Made by a program: the position numbers and the translations under genes. Shown one piece after another: positions 1-12,315 of a DNA stretch of 64,000 nucleotides. This DNA comes from the human T2T-CHM13v2.0 reference genome, Homo sapiens. The stretch's first letter is position 1; each line of letters opens with the position of its first letter. The notes beneath the pieces are model-generated. The model saw only the letters and a program-made list of their open reading frames with translations, did not search any database and was not told the DNA's origin. The stretch lies in assembly GCF_009914755.1 (NCBI RefSeq), contig NC_060933.1; one strand, given 5' to 3'.

Positions 1-149
1 TATTAAGTATTCAAATAATATTTAGTGCTTTTTTTGTTATAAGCTGATTGCATGCTTACAGTAAAACACTCACAATTAAAGTATAAAGGAGAAAATAAAA
101 AATTATTCATAAAGGCCAGACCCAGAAATGTCCATCATAAATATTTTAT

Positions 150-1500
150 ACAATCCTTCCATTCACACACATATATAATATTATATATTTATCACTTATT
201 TCTATTCATTTAAATTATGCCATGAGCATTTTCCTATAATACTCAATATTCTCTGAAAACAATATTTTAATAGCTGTATAATATTACACCACATTTCTAG
301 TCCATAAATTATGTAACTATTAACTTATAGCTGAGCATTTTGGTTGCTTCCAATTTTCTATATTTTAAGAATTCTGCAACTTTCATTCTTGAACATAAAT
401 CATTCTTCGCATCCTTACATCTCTTGTGATTCCTTAAGGGCAAAATCTTAGAACTGGAATTGTTGGGTCAAAGTATAAGTTACATTGTTAAAACTTTTGC
501 CACTTACTGCCAGATTGCTTCAGGGGCAGGTTTAGAACTGGAATTGTTGGGTCAAAGTATAAGTTACATTGTTAAAACTTTTGCCACTTACTGCCAGATT
601 GCTTCAGGGGCAGGTTTAGAACTGGAATTGTTGGGTCAAAGTATAAGTTACATTGTTAAAACTTTTGCCACTTACTGCCAGATTGCTTCAGGGGCAGGTT
701 TAGAACTGGAATTGTTGGGTCAAAGTATAAGTTACATTGTTAAAACTTTTGCCACTTACTGCCAAACTGCTTCAGGGGCAGGTTTTGCTAATTTGTAGTT
801 GCATCGGGAGTGCATAGCTTGACAGACAAAAAACATGGTATATAATTAAGAATTACTTTCTCTTATTAAATGTAAAGTGGGATGTTTTCATAATATTTAC
901 TGGACAATTATATTCTGTGAATTGTTTCCCCATGTCCTATTGCAGGTTTCCTATTGAAATGTTTGTCTTCTTCATCTGCTTTCTCTTTTAAACTAAGGAA
1001 GAAGGGGAGTTTTCTTTGTATTATAGATACTTGGGGATGCTCAGGAATGCCCCTAAAGTGGAAAATTTGGGCTTTCCTTTTTCTTTGCATGCTGGTTAGG
1101 GAGTTTGGTCTAGACTCTAGATCATGTTGCCTGTGGAAACCAACCTAAGGACACCTTGGTTAAGATCAAGACCACCAAGCACAGGATAATCATATTATGC
1201 CCATATTTTAGTCTCCTTGTCATACTTGTTTGCAATATTTTCCCCATATTTTGTTTGCCTTATTTTATTATCTCCTTTTGAAATAAAAATATACTTTATA
1301 TTGCAGTGTAGTATTCCTTTAGAATATATGCCTAATATTTTTGTTTCCTTGCACAAATTATAGCTATATGTATTAAATATATATCTCTCATCTTAAGTAA
1401 ATGAAATAGTCATTAATGCACTAATGTTTCTAGTATAATTGTTTTATGCTTTACTTTTTGTTTTACTTTGTAGTTTTTGCTTTATTTAAATGATATTTAT
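150..1500 (-). mobile_element. Old L1 (L1M-type) 3' region fragment, hosting the VNTR
   Basis: Degenerate antisense L1 3' motifs (ggttgcttccaattttc, ggaattgttgggtcaaag, ttgcaatattttcccc); boundaries approximate. Confidence 0.6.
448..785. repeat. 84-bp tandem repeat, 4 copies (VNTR)
   Basis: Unit ttagaactggaattgttgggtc...caggggcaggt starts at 448, 532, 616 and 700. Copies 1-3 are identical; copy 4 has 2 substitutions. Confidence 0.98.
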
Positions 1501-1541
1501 ATTTGGGGTTCACTTTGGTTAACTGTATAAATGCCTTTTCT

Positions 1542-1857
<316 letters not shown>

Positions 1858-3363
1858 TCAACACCAAACTTCACTGACTATACCTATTGCCATATTTAAG
1901 GTATTTGCTGAAGGTTTTTGGAAATTGTTCTAAAATTGAAAGGAGAGTGGTAGTGTTGGTAAAGATATAATCAGGGAGTGGGATTCTTTCACTCCTTGCT
2001 GTAGCTAGTTTTCCCCTTGAGTATGGAAAATTTAAAAGGTTACACAAATTTTGCCACTTCAAAGATTATATTCATTCTGAGGACCTCTCCTATTTATTTT
2101 GAAATTCATATTACTCTTACTAAGATTTCTAATTAACTAGTACCTTAGCTGAATTATGCTGAGTTTTGCTTAATCCATGTTTGTGGTTGTATTACTAGAC
2201 ATCCTATGTTAACTTGAAAATAAATTTCACCTAATATTAATTGCCTCTCTCTGAAGAATTAGTGTAAGAGTGTATTCATTTTGGGAGCAGAACATTCTCA
2301 GTTTACCCCCTACCCTACACTTAAATTATGCCTTTCCTGGGTTATTCCTTTTAGTTCTCTTGGTTACCCTAACAATTTTTGAATAGTACTTTAAGTAGCC
2401 GATGAGGTAAATACCCCTTCATTTTTTAAATTTAACTATTTATTTCAGTTTACTCTTAAAATCTATAATTTTGAAAAGTCAGTAAAGTCCCTAAGGGGTA
2501 CTGATTGCAATATATAAATTAATTTATAAAAAATAACAAAAACCTCTTTACATTATGGAGTTTTCTTATGTAGGAATATAAATTCAAATATTTCCTGGAT
2601 AATGTTTTGACAGACCTTGATATTGGACTTCCATTTTTTTCAACAGCAAAATTCCTCACTTTTATTTAAAATAAATGTTACAAATAATTGTGAAAAAATA
2701 AATTTCACAACTAAGTATACAGAAAAGTAACATGTATACTTTATATGGAAATCCACATACAAGTTTAGTTGATTAGATGCCAGTTATGGAACTGGCAAAA
2801 CTGAGAACTTGGTGTTATGCATATTTCAAATGTTTACAACCTGAAATCAAAAACACAAAATTCAGTCTCCTTAATGGGCATGTAAGAAAATTAAATATAT
2901 CCCTGAAACAGTACAATACAGAGCTCACAAGCTATTGTAGTTAACAAATATTTTTTAAAATGCTATGTGCCTTTCATTCTCAAAAATGCTAGTGTGTAAC
3001 TATTTTTATAAATGGTGGGGAGAGAAAACTATGGTGAGAAAGATAAGTGGAAATGACAGACTAAGGCATTACGGCATTATGCTGTTATACTAAAAGGTGT
3101 TGCCAGAGGACACCTTGGGTACCACTTGTTGAAAGAGATTTTGAGTGTTTCTCTTCATATACTGTAACTTAAATAACATTTTCTACCATGACTAATTTTT
3201 AAAGTCTATGTATAACTTTGTTCCCTACACATAAAAGAGAAATTTAGTTTTCACTCAGAATTAAAGCAGATTTTCCTCATTCTTGAAACCCAGTCATACC
3301 CCCTGTGAAGGCTGGCAACTCCCATTATTGACACCACAAAGGCCTCTGCTCAAGGGGTGGATC

Positions 3364-3871
3364 TGGCAGAGGCGTTTGAACCAGAGCAACTTCATCTTGA
3401 GTGACGGGGTAGGTAAAATAAGGCTGGGCTGCATTTCCAGATAGTTAAGGCATTCTAAGTCACAGGATGAGACAGAAGGTCAGCACAAGATAAATGTTGA
3501 TAAGACAGACTGCAGTAAAAAAGCCAGCTAAAACCCACCAAAACCAAGATGGCCAAGAGAGTGACCTCTAGTCATCCTCACTGCTACAGTCTCGCCAGCA
3601 CCATGACTGTTTACAAATGCCATGGCAGCATCAGGAAGTTACCCTATATGGTCTAAAAAGGGGAGGTATGAATAATCCACCCCTCATTTAGCACATCATC
3701 AAGAAATAAACAAACAAATGGACAACTAGCAGCCCTTGGGGATGCTCTGTCTATAGAGTAGCCATTCTTTTATTCCTTTCCTTTACTCTGTGGACTCGCC
3801 CTGAATTCTTTCTTGTGCAAGATCCAAGAACCCTCTCTTGGGGTCTGGATCTGGACCCCTTTCCTGTAACA
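3364..3871 (+). mobile_element. MER41 solo LTR (ERV1), MER41A-like
   Basis: Starts tg(g)cagaggcgtttgaaccagagcaac, ends cccctttcctgtaaca, 4-bp TSD GATC. Confidence 0.9.
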
Positions 3872-4595
3872 GATCTGTTGTTTGCTTCAGTTCTAACAGC
3901 TACACCACAGAAGCAGGGACACACAAGAATGTATGCATACAAAGCCAAACAAAACTACAGGCATGGAAAAAATCACAATGCTGAATTTACAGAAGGTAAA
4001 ATGTCTACACTGTGTTTGCTATCACAGTTGTATCTTTGTTCTTCATGTTCAGACTGGAGTAGGAATTTCTTGCTCCTTTTCTAAGGCAAGCTGCTGTTAT
4101 TATTATGCTATTTAAATCTTGTTATAACAACTAATATTTACACATTTGTTCATTTCGCTACTGTAGACTCAATAAAATGACAGAATCTGTTGCCAAGAAC
4201 AAATTTCAGTTTGTTCATCCTTGTCTCAACCTGGTCCCTTAGTCCATACAGAGGCCACCAAATCTTAAGCATAAAGGATGCAGTTGGAACATCAAAAGTT
4301 AAACTTCACAGTTGAATTAAAGATAACAGGCCAACAATCAGGCACAAATTGTTCAAAGCCACTTGAATATTTACTTTGCCTTGATGATTTTCCTTTTAAT
4401 ACTGGAAATAAGAAACCTTCCTTAAGAAAGCAAACAGCCACATATAGCTTTAAGACCAAGGGTCACCCAGGGCAGTCTCTCCAACCTGTTCCCCACAAGG
4501 TCAACATTCCAGCCCCAGAGGAGTTTGAGGGGCATAGCCAGTGCTTAACAGGGACAATCAGGCGTGGGGTGTTGACTGCACACACTTGTAAAGAG

Positions 4596-4847
4596 TCACA
4601 GCTTGTCACTGGTCATTGCTAGAAACTGCACTTAGACATCTTGGATGCGCCACCCTTGGGGTTGAATAGGAATCTGTAGTAGATGCCATCTGCACAAATC
4701 ACAATGACAGCATTTGACTCTGTTCCAAAAGCACAAATGCATGGCAAACCTGAAGGAATCTGAGAGTTGGAAAAATTCCACTTGCAACTGAAGTATTTTG
4801 GAAGAAAACTGGCTCTAGTTTGAACACCGAACTTTTTGGATTTTCAG

Positions 4848-4895
<48 letters not shown>

Positions 4896-5673
4896 CTGTG
4901 CCATGGTCGTCGGATACTCCGATGAGGGAAGCTTCCCAATTGAAGTTGATGCAATAAATATTTGCCACTTTGTGATCTTTTTCATAGTTCCTGGATAAAA
5001 GGCCCTGATGTAGTAGCAAATATTCTTATAAGGGTCTGTTTTTTCGAGATGTGGTTGCAATTCTTGTTCCCTACTGGTGGTTGAGGGCCACCAGTTTAGG
5101 ACGTCCTTGTGTGCAAGAAGGTCTACAGGTGGCTTCTTGGTGCTAGCAAGACCACAAGCTTCACATAACTCATGTGTGTGATGGGGGAGGTCACGAGAGA
5201 GCTGTTACTATCTACTGGGACACAAGGCACAAAGGCCTTTAAGGTTAGAGCAGGTTTCCAAGACGTGTGACTGATGGGCACTGCATATCCTTGTAAATAC
5301 TTTAATCAAGGAACTCAAAACGACCACAATTCTATCTTGTCACAATTTGACCGCCTTAACTTCTGTAGAAACTTTTACTTCAATAACAGTCCTTTTCTGG
5401 TCATCCCAGATTGTCGCTTTACCGGGAGGCTATTTTCAGCTTTTCCCCACTGGCCACTAAAGCAAGCTAAATAGCTACTGTGAAATAATATTTCAACATG
5501 GCCAACTCCTTCTTCTAGAAATTCTTTTTTTCTCTTCTTCTTTTTTTTTTTAAATGGATCGGCATTATAGATTCGGAATCCAGTTTCCATTCCATGTATA
5601 CGCATCCGTGGTCCCTGTGGAAGCAGGGGTAGTGCCGTCAGTTGCAGTGGGGGTTACACAGTAAGAGGTTCAT
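4596..5673 (-). pseudogene. WDR45B: Disabled WDR45B/WIPI3 coding remnant (beta-propeller autophagy protein)
   Basis: Translates MNLLLCNPHCN*..., GMETGFRIYNADP, EFLEEGVGHVEILF, ANIYCINFN, VSDDHGTV, FAAENPK, ...QFLAMTSDKL*, collinear with WDR45B (MNLLPCNPHGN...GMENGFRVYNTDP...EFLEGGVGHVEMLF...MTDDKL). Premature TGA at 5638-5640, TAA at 4632-4634, frameshifts. Confidence 0.95.
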
Positions 5674-5899
5674 GGCACCGCACAGGCAGGTCGCCCGCTC
5701 CTAAGCGCCACGTGCTGCTAGGGGAGACCCAAAGGCCAGATCAGGCAGGGCTTTTCCAGGAAAGGAAGCGCTGGGCGGAAGTGCTTGATCTCAATGGAGC
5801 CCGCGGAGCACAGAGCGCGCATCCACCTGGCACCCTACAGGCAGGCGCTAAGTGGTTTTTGTTACTGTTGCTTTTAGATATGTTATATATGAGATAAGG

Positions 5900-7520
5900 A
5901 AACGTTATAGATATGCAAATTCTTTAGAAATTAAGATGACTTGATGCAAGGCAATTTTACTGGGATATTTTTTGGGGAGCATTGTGCCAGTCTGATCATA
6001 AAGCTCATTTGAAAGAACAATTGTTTTGAGACTAATGTAAGAAAACGTAAAAAGAAAAACACAAAGAAAATGTAAAAAAAAAAAAAGATAAAGGAGTACT
6101 TGCCCTAAAAGGTAATAAACTGCTTTATACAAAGCACCAGTAATTAATATGATGTGATACTAGTGTAGGAAGAGACAGAATAATGAAAGGAATAGAAAGT
6201 CAAGAAATAGAACTATGCATATATAAATAATTTGGTATATAATAAAGGTGACATGAGATCTGTAAGGAAAGATTGGATAACTAATAAATGGTAATAACAG
6301 GGCAACCAGCTAATCATTACACCAAAATAATTTCCAGATTGTTGAAAGAGTTTAACGTTTCTTTAAAAATCCACCAAAAAATGTTTTTGGAAAGAACATC
6401 CTAAGCAAATATCACTAAATTTCAGAAACAATAAACACATGTGATTGATATGGTTTGGCTCTGTCCCCACCCAAATCTCAATTTGAATTGTATCTCCCAG
6501 AATTCCCACGTGTTGTGAGAGGTACCCAGAGGGAAGTAACTGAATCATGGGGGCTGGTCTTTGCCATGCTATTCTCATGATAGTGAATAAGTCTCACGAG
6601 ATCTGATGGATTTATCAGGGGGTTCTGCTTTTGCTTCTTCCACATTTTTCTCTTGCTGCTACCATGTAAGAAGTGCCTTTCCTCTCCCACCATGATTCTG
6701 AGGCCTCCCCAGCCATACATAATTGTAAGTCCAATTAAACCTCGTTTTGTTCCCAGCTTTGGGTATGTCTTAACCAGCAGCATGAAAATGAACTAATATA
6801 GTGATAATTTTGACTGGAAATAAAGAACACACAGAAACAAAATTTAATGAACAAGAAAAGGAGAAATATCTCTTAAATAATGGTCATTATATATGTATAT
6901 CCACCTATACATATGTATTTCCTGAAATCCAACAAGAAAAAGATGAAAAAGTAGAGAATCGAGTATATCACGAAGAAGTTATATAAATGGCCAAAAAAAT
7001 GAGAAAATCTTTGCACACATGTGACAGAGATTTAATAGTCATAATGTACATAAACATTTCTTAAATTCACTACAAGAAAAGATGAAGAAGGAAGAAGGGA
7101 TATGTCACAATGAAAATATATAGTCAAGAATCATATTAAAATTTTCAACTTCAGTAGTAGCCAAAGAATGCAAATGAACAAGTTTTCACCACCAAACTGA
7201 CAAATATTTTAAGGTACAATAATAAATGTTTTCAAAAATACCATAAGTCACTCTGTTGCACTGCTGGTAAATTGCTACTGCGTTTCTGGAACGAGATTTG
7301 GAGTGTTCCTCAAAAGCTTTAAAAAGAGCAATGCTTTTTGAGATGACAATTTTCCATCTAGGAAGTTATCCAATGGAAGCAGCTATGAATGAATTTACAG
7401 ATTTCTTTACGTGAATGGACATCTCATTATAGTTTAGAAGACCAAAAAAAAAATTGGACAGAATTTAAATGTGTAAATATTGGGTATTTATCAAGGAAAT
7501 TATTTCATTCTTTAAAGCCA
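5900..7520 (+). mobile_element. Old L1 (L1M) ORF2/3' fragments interrupted by a THE1 LTR
   Basis: A-rich degenerate L1 motifs (gaatagaaagtcaagaaataga, aataaatggt); boundaries approximate. Confidence 0.55.
6446..6800 (+). mobile_element. THE1 solo LTR (MaLR), THE1A-like
   Basis: tgatatggtttggctctgtccccacccaaatctc...aactaatata, 5-bp TSD GTGAT. Confidence 0.92.
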
Positions 7521-7879
7521 GACTGCAAGGAATATTTTTGACAGAGGGGTACTCATGTATTAGTCTTATGTAATATCAGATTATAAAACAATATACTTAT
7601 GATGATATTTTTATACACAATGTTTTTGGCACTAATAATCTATCTTCCTACTGAGAATGCTGTTCTGTTTTAAAGTCAAGGATGTGCAAGAGTGGAAAAT
7701 AGTGGTGGGATTCCTCTCCGAAATGAAAGGTGAGTCTGTAAACATCCCTGATTGTAATAACTGTCTACAAAGGAGTTAGGGTATAAAGGTTAGGGAATGC
7801 ATTTTCAATGCTATTTAAACACCTCAGAACCTTTATCATTTATCCTTTTCAAAACTTGCCTAGCTGTTTCCCCATTGAA

Positions 7880-8330
7880 ATCAATCATTTAACAAATATT
7901 TATTCAGCACTTATTATGTGCCAGATACTATTTCAAGTGCTAAAGTCATTGTTCTCATGTAGCATATATTCAGATACCCCGTGATAGTTATAAAACAATT
8001 AGATATATAATGTGTCAGTGGTGATAAGCGCTGTGAAGAAAGACAGAGTGAAGAAATAGAGAAAACAGACTCTTTGACTTTCTGCTATTGGGAAAAAACC
8101 TAAAGGAAGTGAGGGAGTGGCTTATGCTGAGTTCAGGACAAAATGAGGAACATTGCAAGCAGAGATGACAGTAAGAGCAATGGCCCTGAGTCAGGAGTGT
8201 GCATGGTGGGGTGGGCACAGAAAGGAGATAAAAGAAGCTGGAATGGAGTGAGGTAAAGGACAAATGTGAGAAAATTTAAGAGGTAACTGGGAGGGTGCCA
8301 GATAACATAGTAAGATGCAGGTTATCAAGG
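7880..8330 (-). mobile_element. L2 fragment
   Basis: tcatttaacaaatatttattcagcacttattatgtgccagatact resembles the antisense L2 3' end. Confidence 0.55.
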
Positions 8331-8586
8331 AAATTCTTAAATTATGAAACTTTATATCCAAATTCTACAAGAAAGCAAGGAGCTGGACAGCCTCTCTACA
8401 GTTTTTCAACAATCTCAAGGGAGGTGTATCCCCAAGGGCAATGCCAACTAACAAGTGAATGAAACAGGGAGAATTTCAAAGGTCTATTGACAGGTATGAA
8501 GGATACATGGAAACAATTTAAAGCTAAGAAGGTGGGGCTGGGATTTCCTGGAGACCCAAAATATGGCTCAGAAGTAATTTGCATTA

Positions 8587-8628
<42 letters not shown>
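8587..8628. repeat. (TATC)n tetranucleotide microsatellite, ~10 units
   Basis: Read directly from sequence. Confidence 0.97.
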
Positions 8629-8629
<1 letters not shown>

Positions 8630-10584
8630 GCATATTCCTAAAAATACTTTAGAAAATGCCAGTGGGTATCCTCATTGGGTAACCAAGCATGAAGAATGAT
8701 TATATCTGCTTCACTTCTGCAATTAGTTTCCTTTGAAAAAATTGCATGTAGAGACTTGCAACTGTAGAGGAAATCAGTAATTTGCATTGTTCTGCTGGAC
8801 TCAGAAATGATCCAGATTATTTGGCAACGTGATTTCTTCCAGTTTGCATCGCATTTGCATTTTAATACAGTGTCAGTAGACATGACTATCTTCTTTGAAC
8901 ATTTTATTCCTTTCCTTTGCAAAGCAGTTATTCTGATCAGAGGATAAAATAACTTAAAATCAAGTCTCTGATGGAAATCAGACCAACTGATTGAAATAAA
9001 TTTAAAAAGAAATCCTACTTCAAGATGTATGTGTAATAGAGTCAGATGATATATTCCTGCTGTTTCAGAAAAGATGAATTACTATAAATGCTGCCTAAAC
9101 AAGAGGAGAAACTTCAAAATATTGGCATCTGAAAAACACAGCTTAACCAAGGAGGGAAAACTACATAGTATATAGATGTACTGTCCTTTAAACTACAGAT
9201 GTCTTAAGAGGATTGCATATTTGTTAATTTGTAAGACATTATTGTGTATGCATTCTGTGACAGACTGTGCTAGGCAATAGGATAATTTAGTCTAGTGGGG
9301 AAGTATGATAAATGAAATAACTATATCACAAATAGGCTGAAAGAAGTAAGCACACAGTGGTGGGGGGAAGTACTGTAGAAACACAGAAAAGACTGGAAAA
9401 CTTGGAAAGTCTTCTTGAAAGAGATGTTGCATGGGATAACTTGAAAATCAAAATGTGAAGAAGGATGGTAGCATGGGAAGATTCTTGGAAAAGAATCAAG
9501 AGCTCCCATTTTCAATATGAACTCTGCTACTAACTAAACTGTAACTTGAAAGATAATGGGAAATGTATACGAGAGGATTAAACAGGAGGAATAGATAATA
9601 TGAAAGAGAAGAATGCTCAACACAAGCTAGGTAGAAAAGACTGAAAGTTCCTAGGAGCATGACTGTTGCCTTTTGACCAGCTATGCCTGGGGTGCCACAT
9701 ATCGTGGGTTTCTTGAACTTAAGAGAGGCAATGCTGGCAATTTTAATATCTTTCCTGCAAATCCTCCACTGTCTATGAACTTTTCCAGCTCCTCGCCAAC
9801 AATTTTTGAAAGCAAAGCATCATCTAATCCATTGATTTCTCAATGAATGATTCCAGAATCTCCTGCAACAGTCACTCGGGGTTCTTATTCAAATGCAGAA
9901 CCTCATTGTTGCCGAATCAGAATACCTGGGGCTTGAGTCTGTAGATCTTTATAGGAAAACACTGGATGATAGAAGGCTCTTTTCTAGGTGATTGTTTTGT
10001 ACCAACTCATTGAACTGACTTGTTTACCCCTTCCAGCATCCTTGCAATCCAGAGAAACCAGTAACCACACTTGCACTCCCAGACAAGAATACTATGGTGA
10101 CTGAAACCCATGGCTCTCAATTCCCAATTGAGTGGGTTTTCCTGTTTTTTTGGTGTAATCTCCCATCTCTGATCCAAAAAATTTCAACAGAGAGAAATTT
10201 TATGTTGTTAAGAAGCAAAGTAGGAACTTAATTTGTGCATATTGTAATTCTTTGATCTTATCTGTGAGCAAAAATATTCAGGAAAAATTCCTGAAAGAAA
10301 ATAAAACCAAATATTAGCCATTTGTGTCTTCATGAGGTAAGATTATTGTTGATTTTATTCATCTTTCTCTTTTTCCACGGTTTGCATCCTCTAAAATAAG
10401 CATATATTTTATCATCAAAAATAACACAGTAACTTCATTTAACATGGGATAAAATTAAAATGGAAATACCTAAAGCTGTAAGTCACCTGCAGAGAGCTTT
10501 CAAACCTCTGATGAAGTGTATTTTAAAGCATATTTAACAATCTTTTTTGGCTTTTGCCTCCCAGATGGTATGGATATTCTCAAC

Positions 10585-11100
10585 TGTTAAATACAGTAAG
10601 AAACTCTTCTTCAAAGGTTTAGCTTGCTTAAGTTTCCTTGTCCTTTTTCCCTGCTTTCAAGTCCAGACTTCCTTATGCTCTGTGTCCCCCTACCCTGGTA
10701 AACAACCTTCCCGCCAGTCCTTATCTATAGAGCCCACATTCCACATCTGCTACCCACTCTGTGAATTACCCTTCCCATTGCAACGGCTATTCCCGCTGAA
10801 ACTGATCTTCCTGCCTTCCCACTGGTGTAACCCCATTCCTGCACTTTTCAAGTTAGCCAACCGGGTTCAGCTTAGATTGTGCAGTCCAACTCCAGCCAAT
10901 GGAGGCAGGACACAGTAACAGGGACTAGCTGCGTTAGAGATAATAAAAACCCCTGCTTTCCTTTGTTCTGGGTGCTCTCAGCATTGCTCCATAAGTGAGA
11001 CACACCCTTCTGCAGAAGTAAATTTGCCTTGCTGAGAGAACCTTTGTCCTTTGTCTCAGTGCTAGTTCTTCTTTGCAGCACCGAGCATTTGTTTCCAACA
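10585..11100 (+). mobile_element. ERV1 solo LTR, LTR10 family (HERV-I/IP10)
   Basis: TG...CA termini (tgttaaatacagtaag...gtttccaaca), 5-bp TSD TCAAC, internal AATAAA; family assigned from recalled consensus. Confidence 0.8.
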
Positions 11101-11454
11101 TCAACGCTCTCTGACTGTATCTGATATTAGAAGATGTCCTTTGATCATCAACCTTTGCCCTGCTTTTCCTGAAAACATTAAGTCATCAGAAACTGCCTCA
11201 GGATCACAAAGGGTTTGGAAGGTTTTAGTTTGAGGGATCAATGGAAATCACAGGTGGTAACAACATGTGTTGTAATTTTTTATAATATTATAGCATATAT
11301 ATTTCTCATGTTACTAAATAGATTTTAGAAACATCAATGAACCAAAGATTCCTGACACTAAAATCATCACAGCATCGATGTGTTTTGTTCAGATTATGAA
11401 TCTGCTTCAAATCATTCAAAATATGTTTTCTGTCTCATGACACATTTATTTTTT

Positions 11455-11815
11455 ATAAGTTTCATTTTGTTTTTAATTGATACGAAATAATTGAGTATAT
11501 TTATGGGATACAGTGTGATGTTTTGATACATTCATGCATTGTATAATGATCAAAGCAGGGTAATTAGCATATCCATCACTTCAAATACTTGTCATTTCTT
11601 TATGGTGACAACATTCAAAATCCTTTGTTCTAGCTATTTTGAAATAAACAATACCTTATTATTAGGTATAGTTACACTAATGTGCAAAAAGAATCAGAAT
11701 TTATTTATCCTATCTAACTGTAACTTTCTCTTAACCAACCTTTCTCCATCCCCTTCTCCCCACTACCCTTCCCAGCCTCTGGTAACCACTATTCTACTCT
11801 CTACTTCTATGAGGC
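11455..11815 (-). mobile_element. L1MA-type 3' end fragment
   Basis: tttatgggatacagtgtgatgttttgatac...cagcctctggtaaccactattctactctctacttctatgag. Confidence 0.8.
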
Positions 11816-12188
11816 TCTGCTCACTATCTCCTCAATTTCCTCTTCCTCTAATCTCATTGTCATGTTATATAATTAGTCGCACTTAGGGAAAGCGGTGATA
11901 AGGGGCAACATAAGTTTAGGCGATAAAAACATACTTTCAGTCCTCATGAAGATATTGCTCTCAAGGCTGGTGATTCATATGAAGGAGCTTATGAGAAACT
12001 AATAGCACAAACTTTTTAAAGAGCAAACTTGTAATAACAGATGAGTTTGACCAAATTTTTGTGAAAGTACCAATTCAAGGAGTCTTCTTATTCCCCTGTC
12101 CCACCTTAGAAGATATAGTCCCCGCAGGTCCCATATAATGTAGAGAAAGTAAACATCCATCAGGCTTGGATAATCTTAGGAAACTGAC

Positions 12189-12315
12189 CTGAGTGTCAAA
12201 ATATTTGCAGATGGACCTGAACCCTCAACAGGGTATTGATATATCACCTGACAATCTCTCCGTTTTCTTCCTTGATAAATCAGATTGCACTGATTCTAAT
12301 TGCACAAATTCTAAA
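12189..12315 (-). other. Candidate exon C (127 or 122 nt)
   Basis: Acceptor ctattttgccttcctctttcttcaag (alternative tttag 5 nt downstream), donor CAG|gtcagt; motif evidence only. Confidence 0.3.

Larger units (their letters stand above)
2634..5850 (-). pseudogene. WDR45B: Processed pseudogene of WDR45B (WIPI3), full retrocopy extent including probable UTRs
   Basis: Intronless. GC-rich 5'UTR-like segment 5674-~5850. Probable 3' end at AATAAA (tttatt ~2661) with a short T run at 2634-2640. Outer limits are inferred; no confident TSD. Confidence 0.7.

Noticed and set aside
448-785. CRISPR-like array, or a real repeat protein (ORF 460-798)
   Set aside because: The units are contiguous with no unique spacers. 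The ORF starts at TTG and is a by-product of a unit length divisible by 3 in L1-derived DNA
4699-5605. ORFs 4699-5019, 4815-5060 and 5375-5605 as functional genes
   Set aside because: They are frameshifted fragments of the WDR45B pseudogene; the poly-F and poly-K stretches come from slipped homopolymers
9670-9840. - strand frames with kinase activation-loop-like words (FIDSGGFA...PRYVAPQ; KPTICGTPG)
   Set aside because: There is no DFG or HRD, the two words come from the same bases in different frames, an in-frame stop follows and no good splice sites flank them. This is likely chance; a negative tblastn would confirm it
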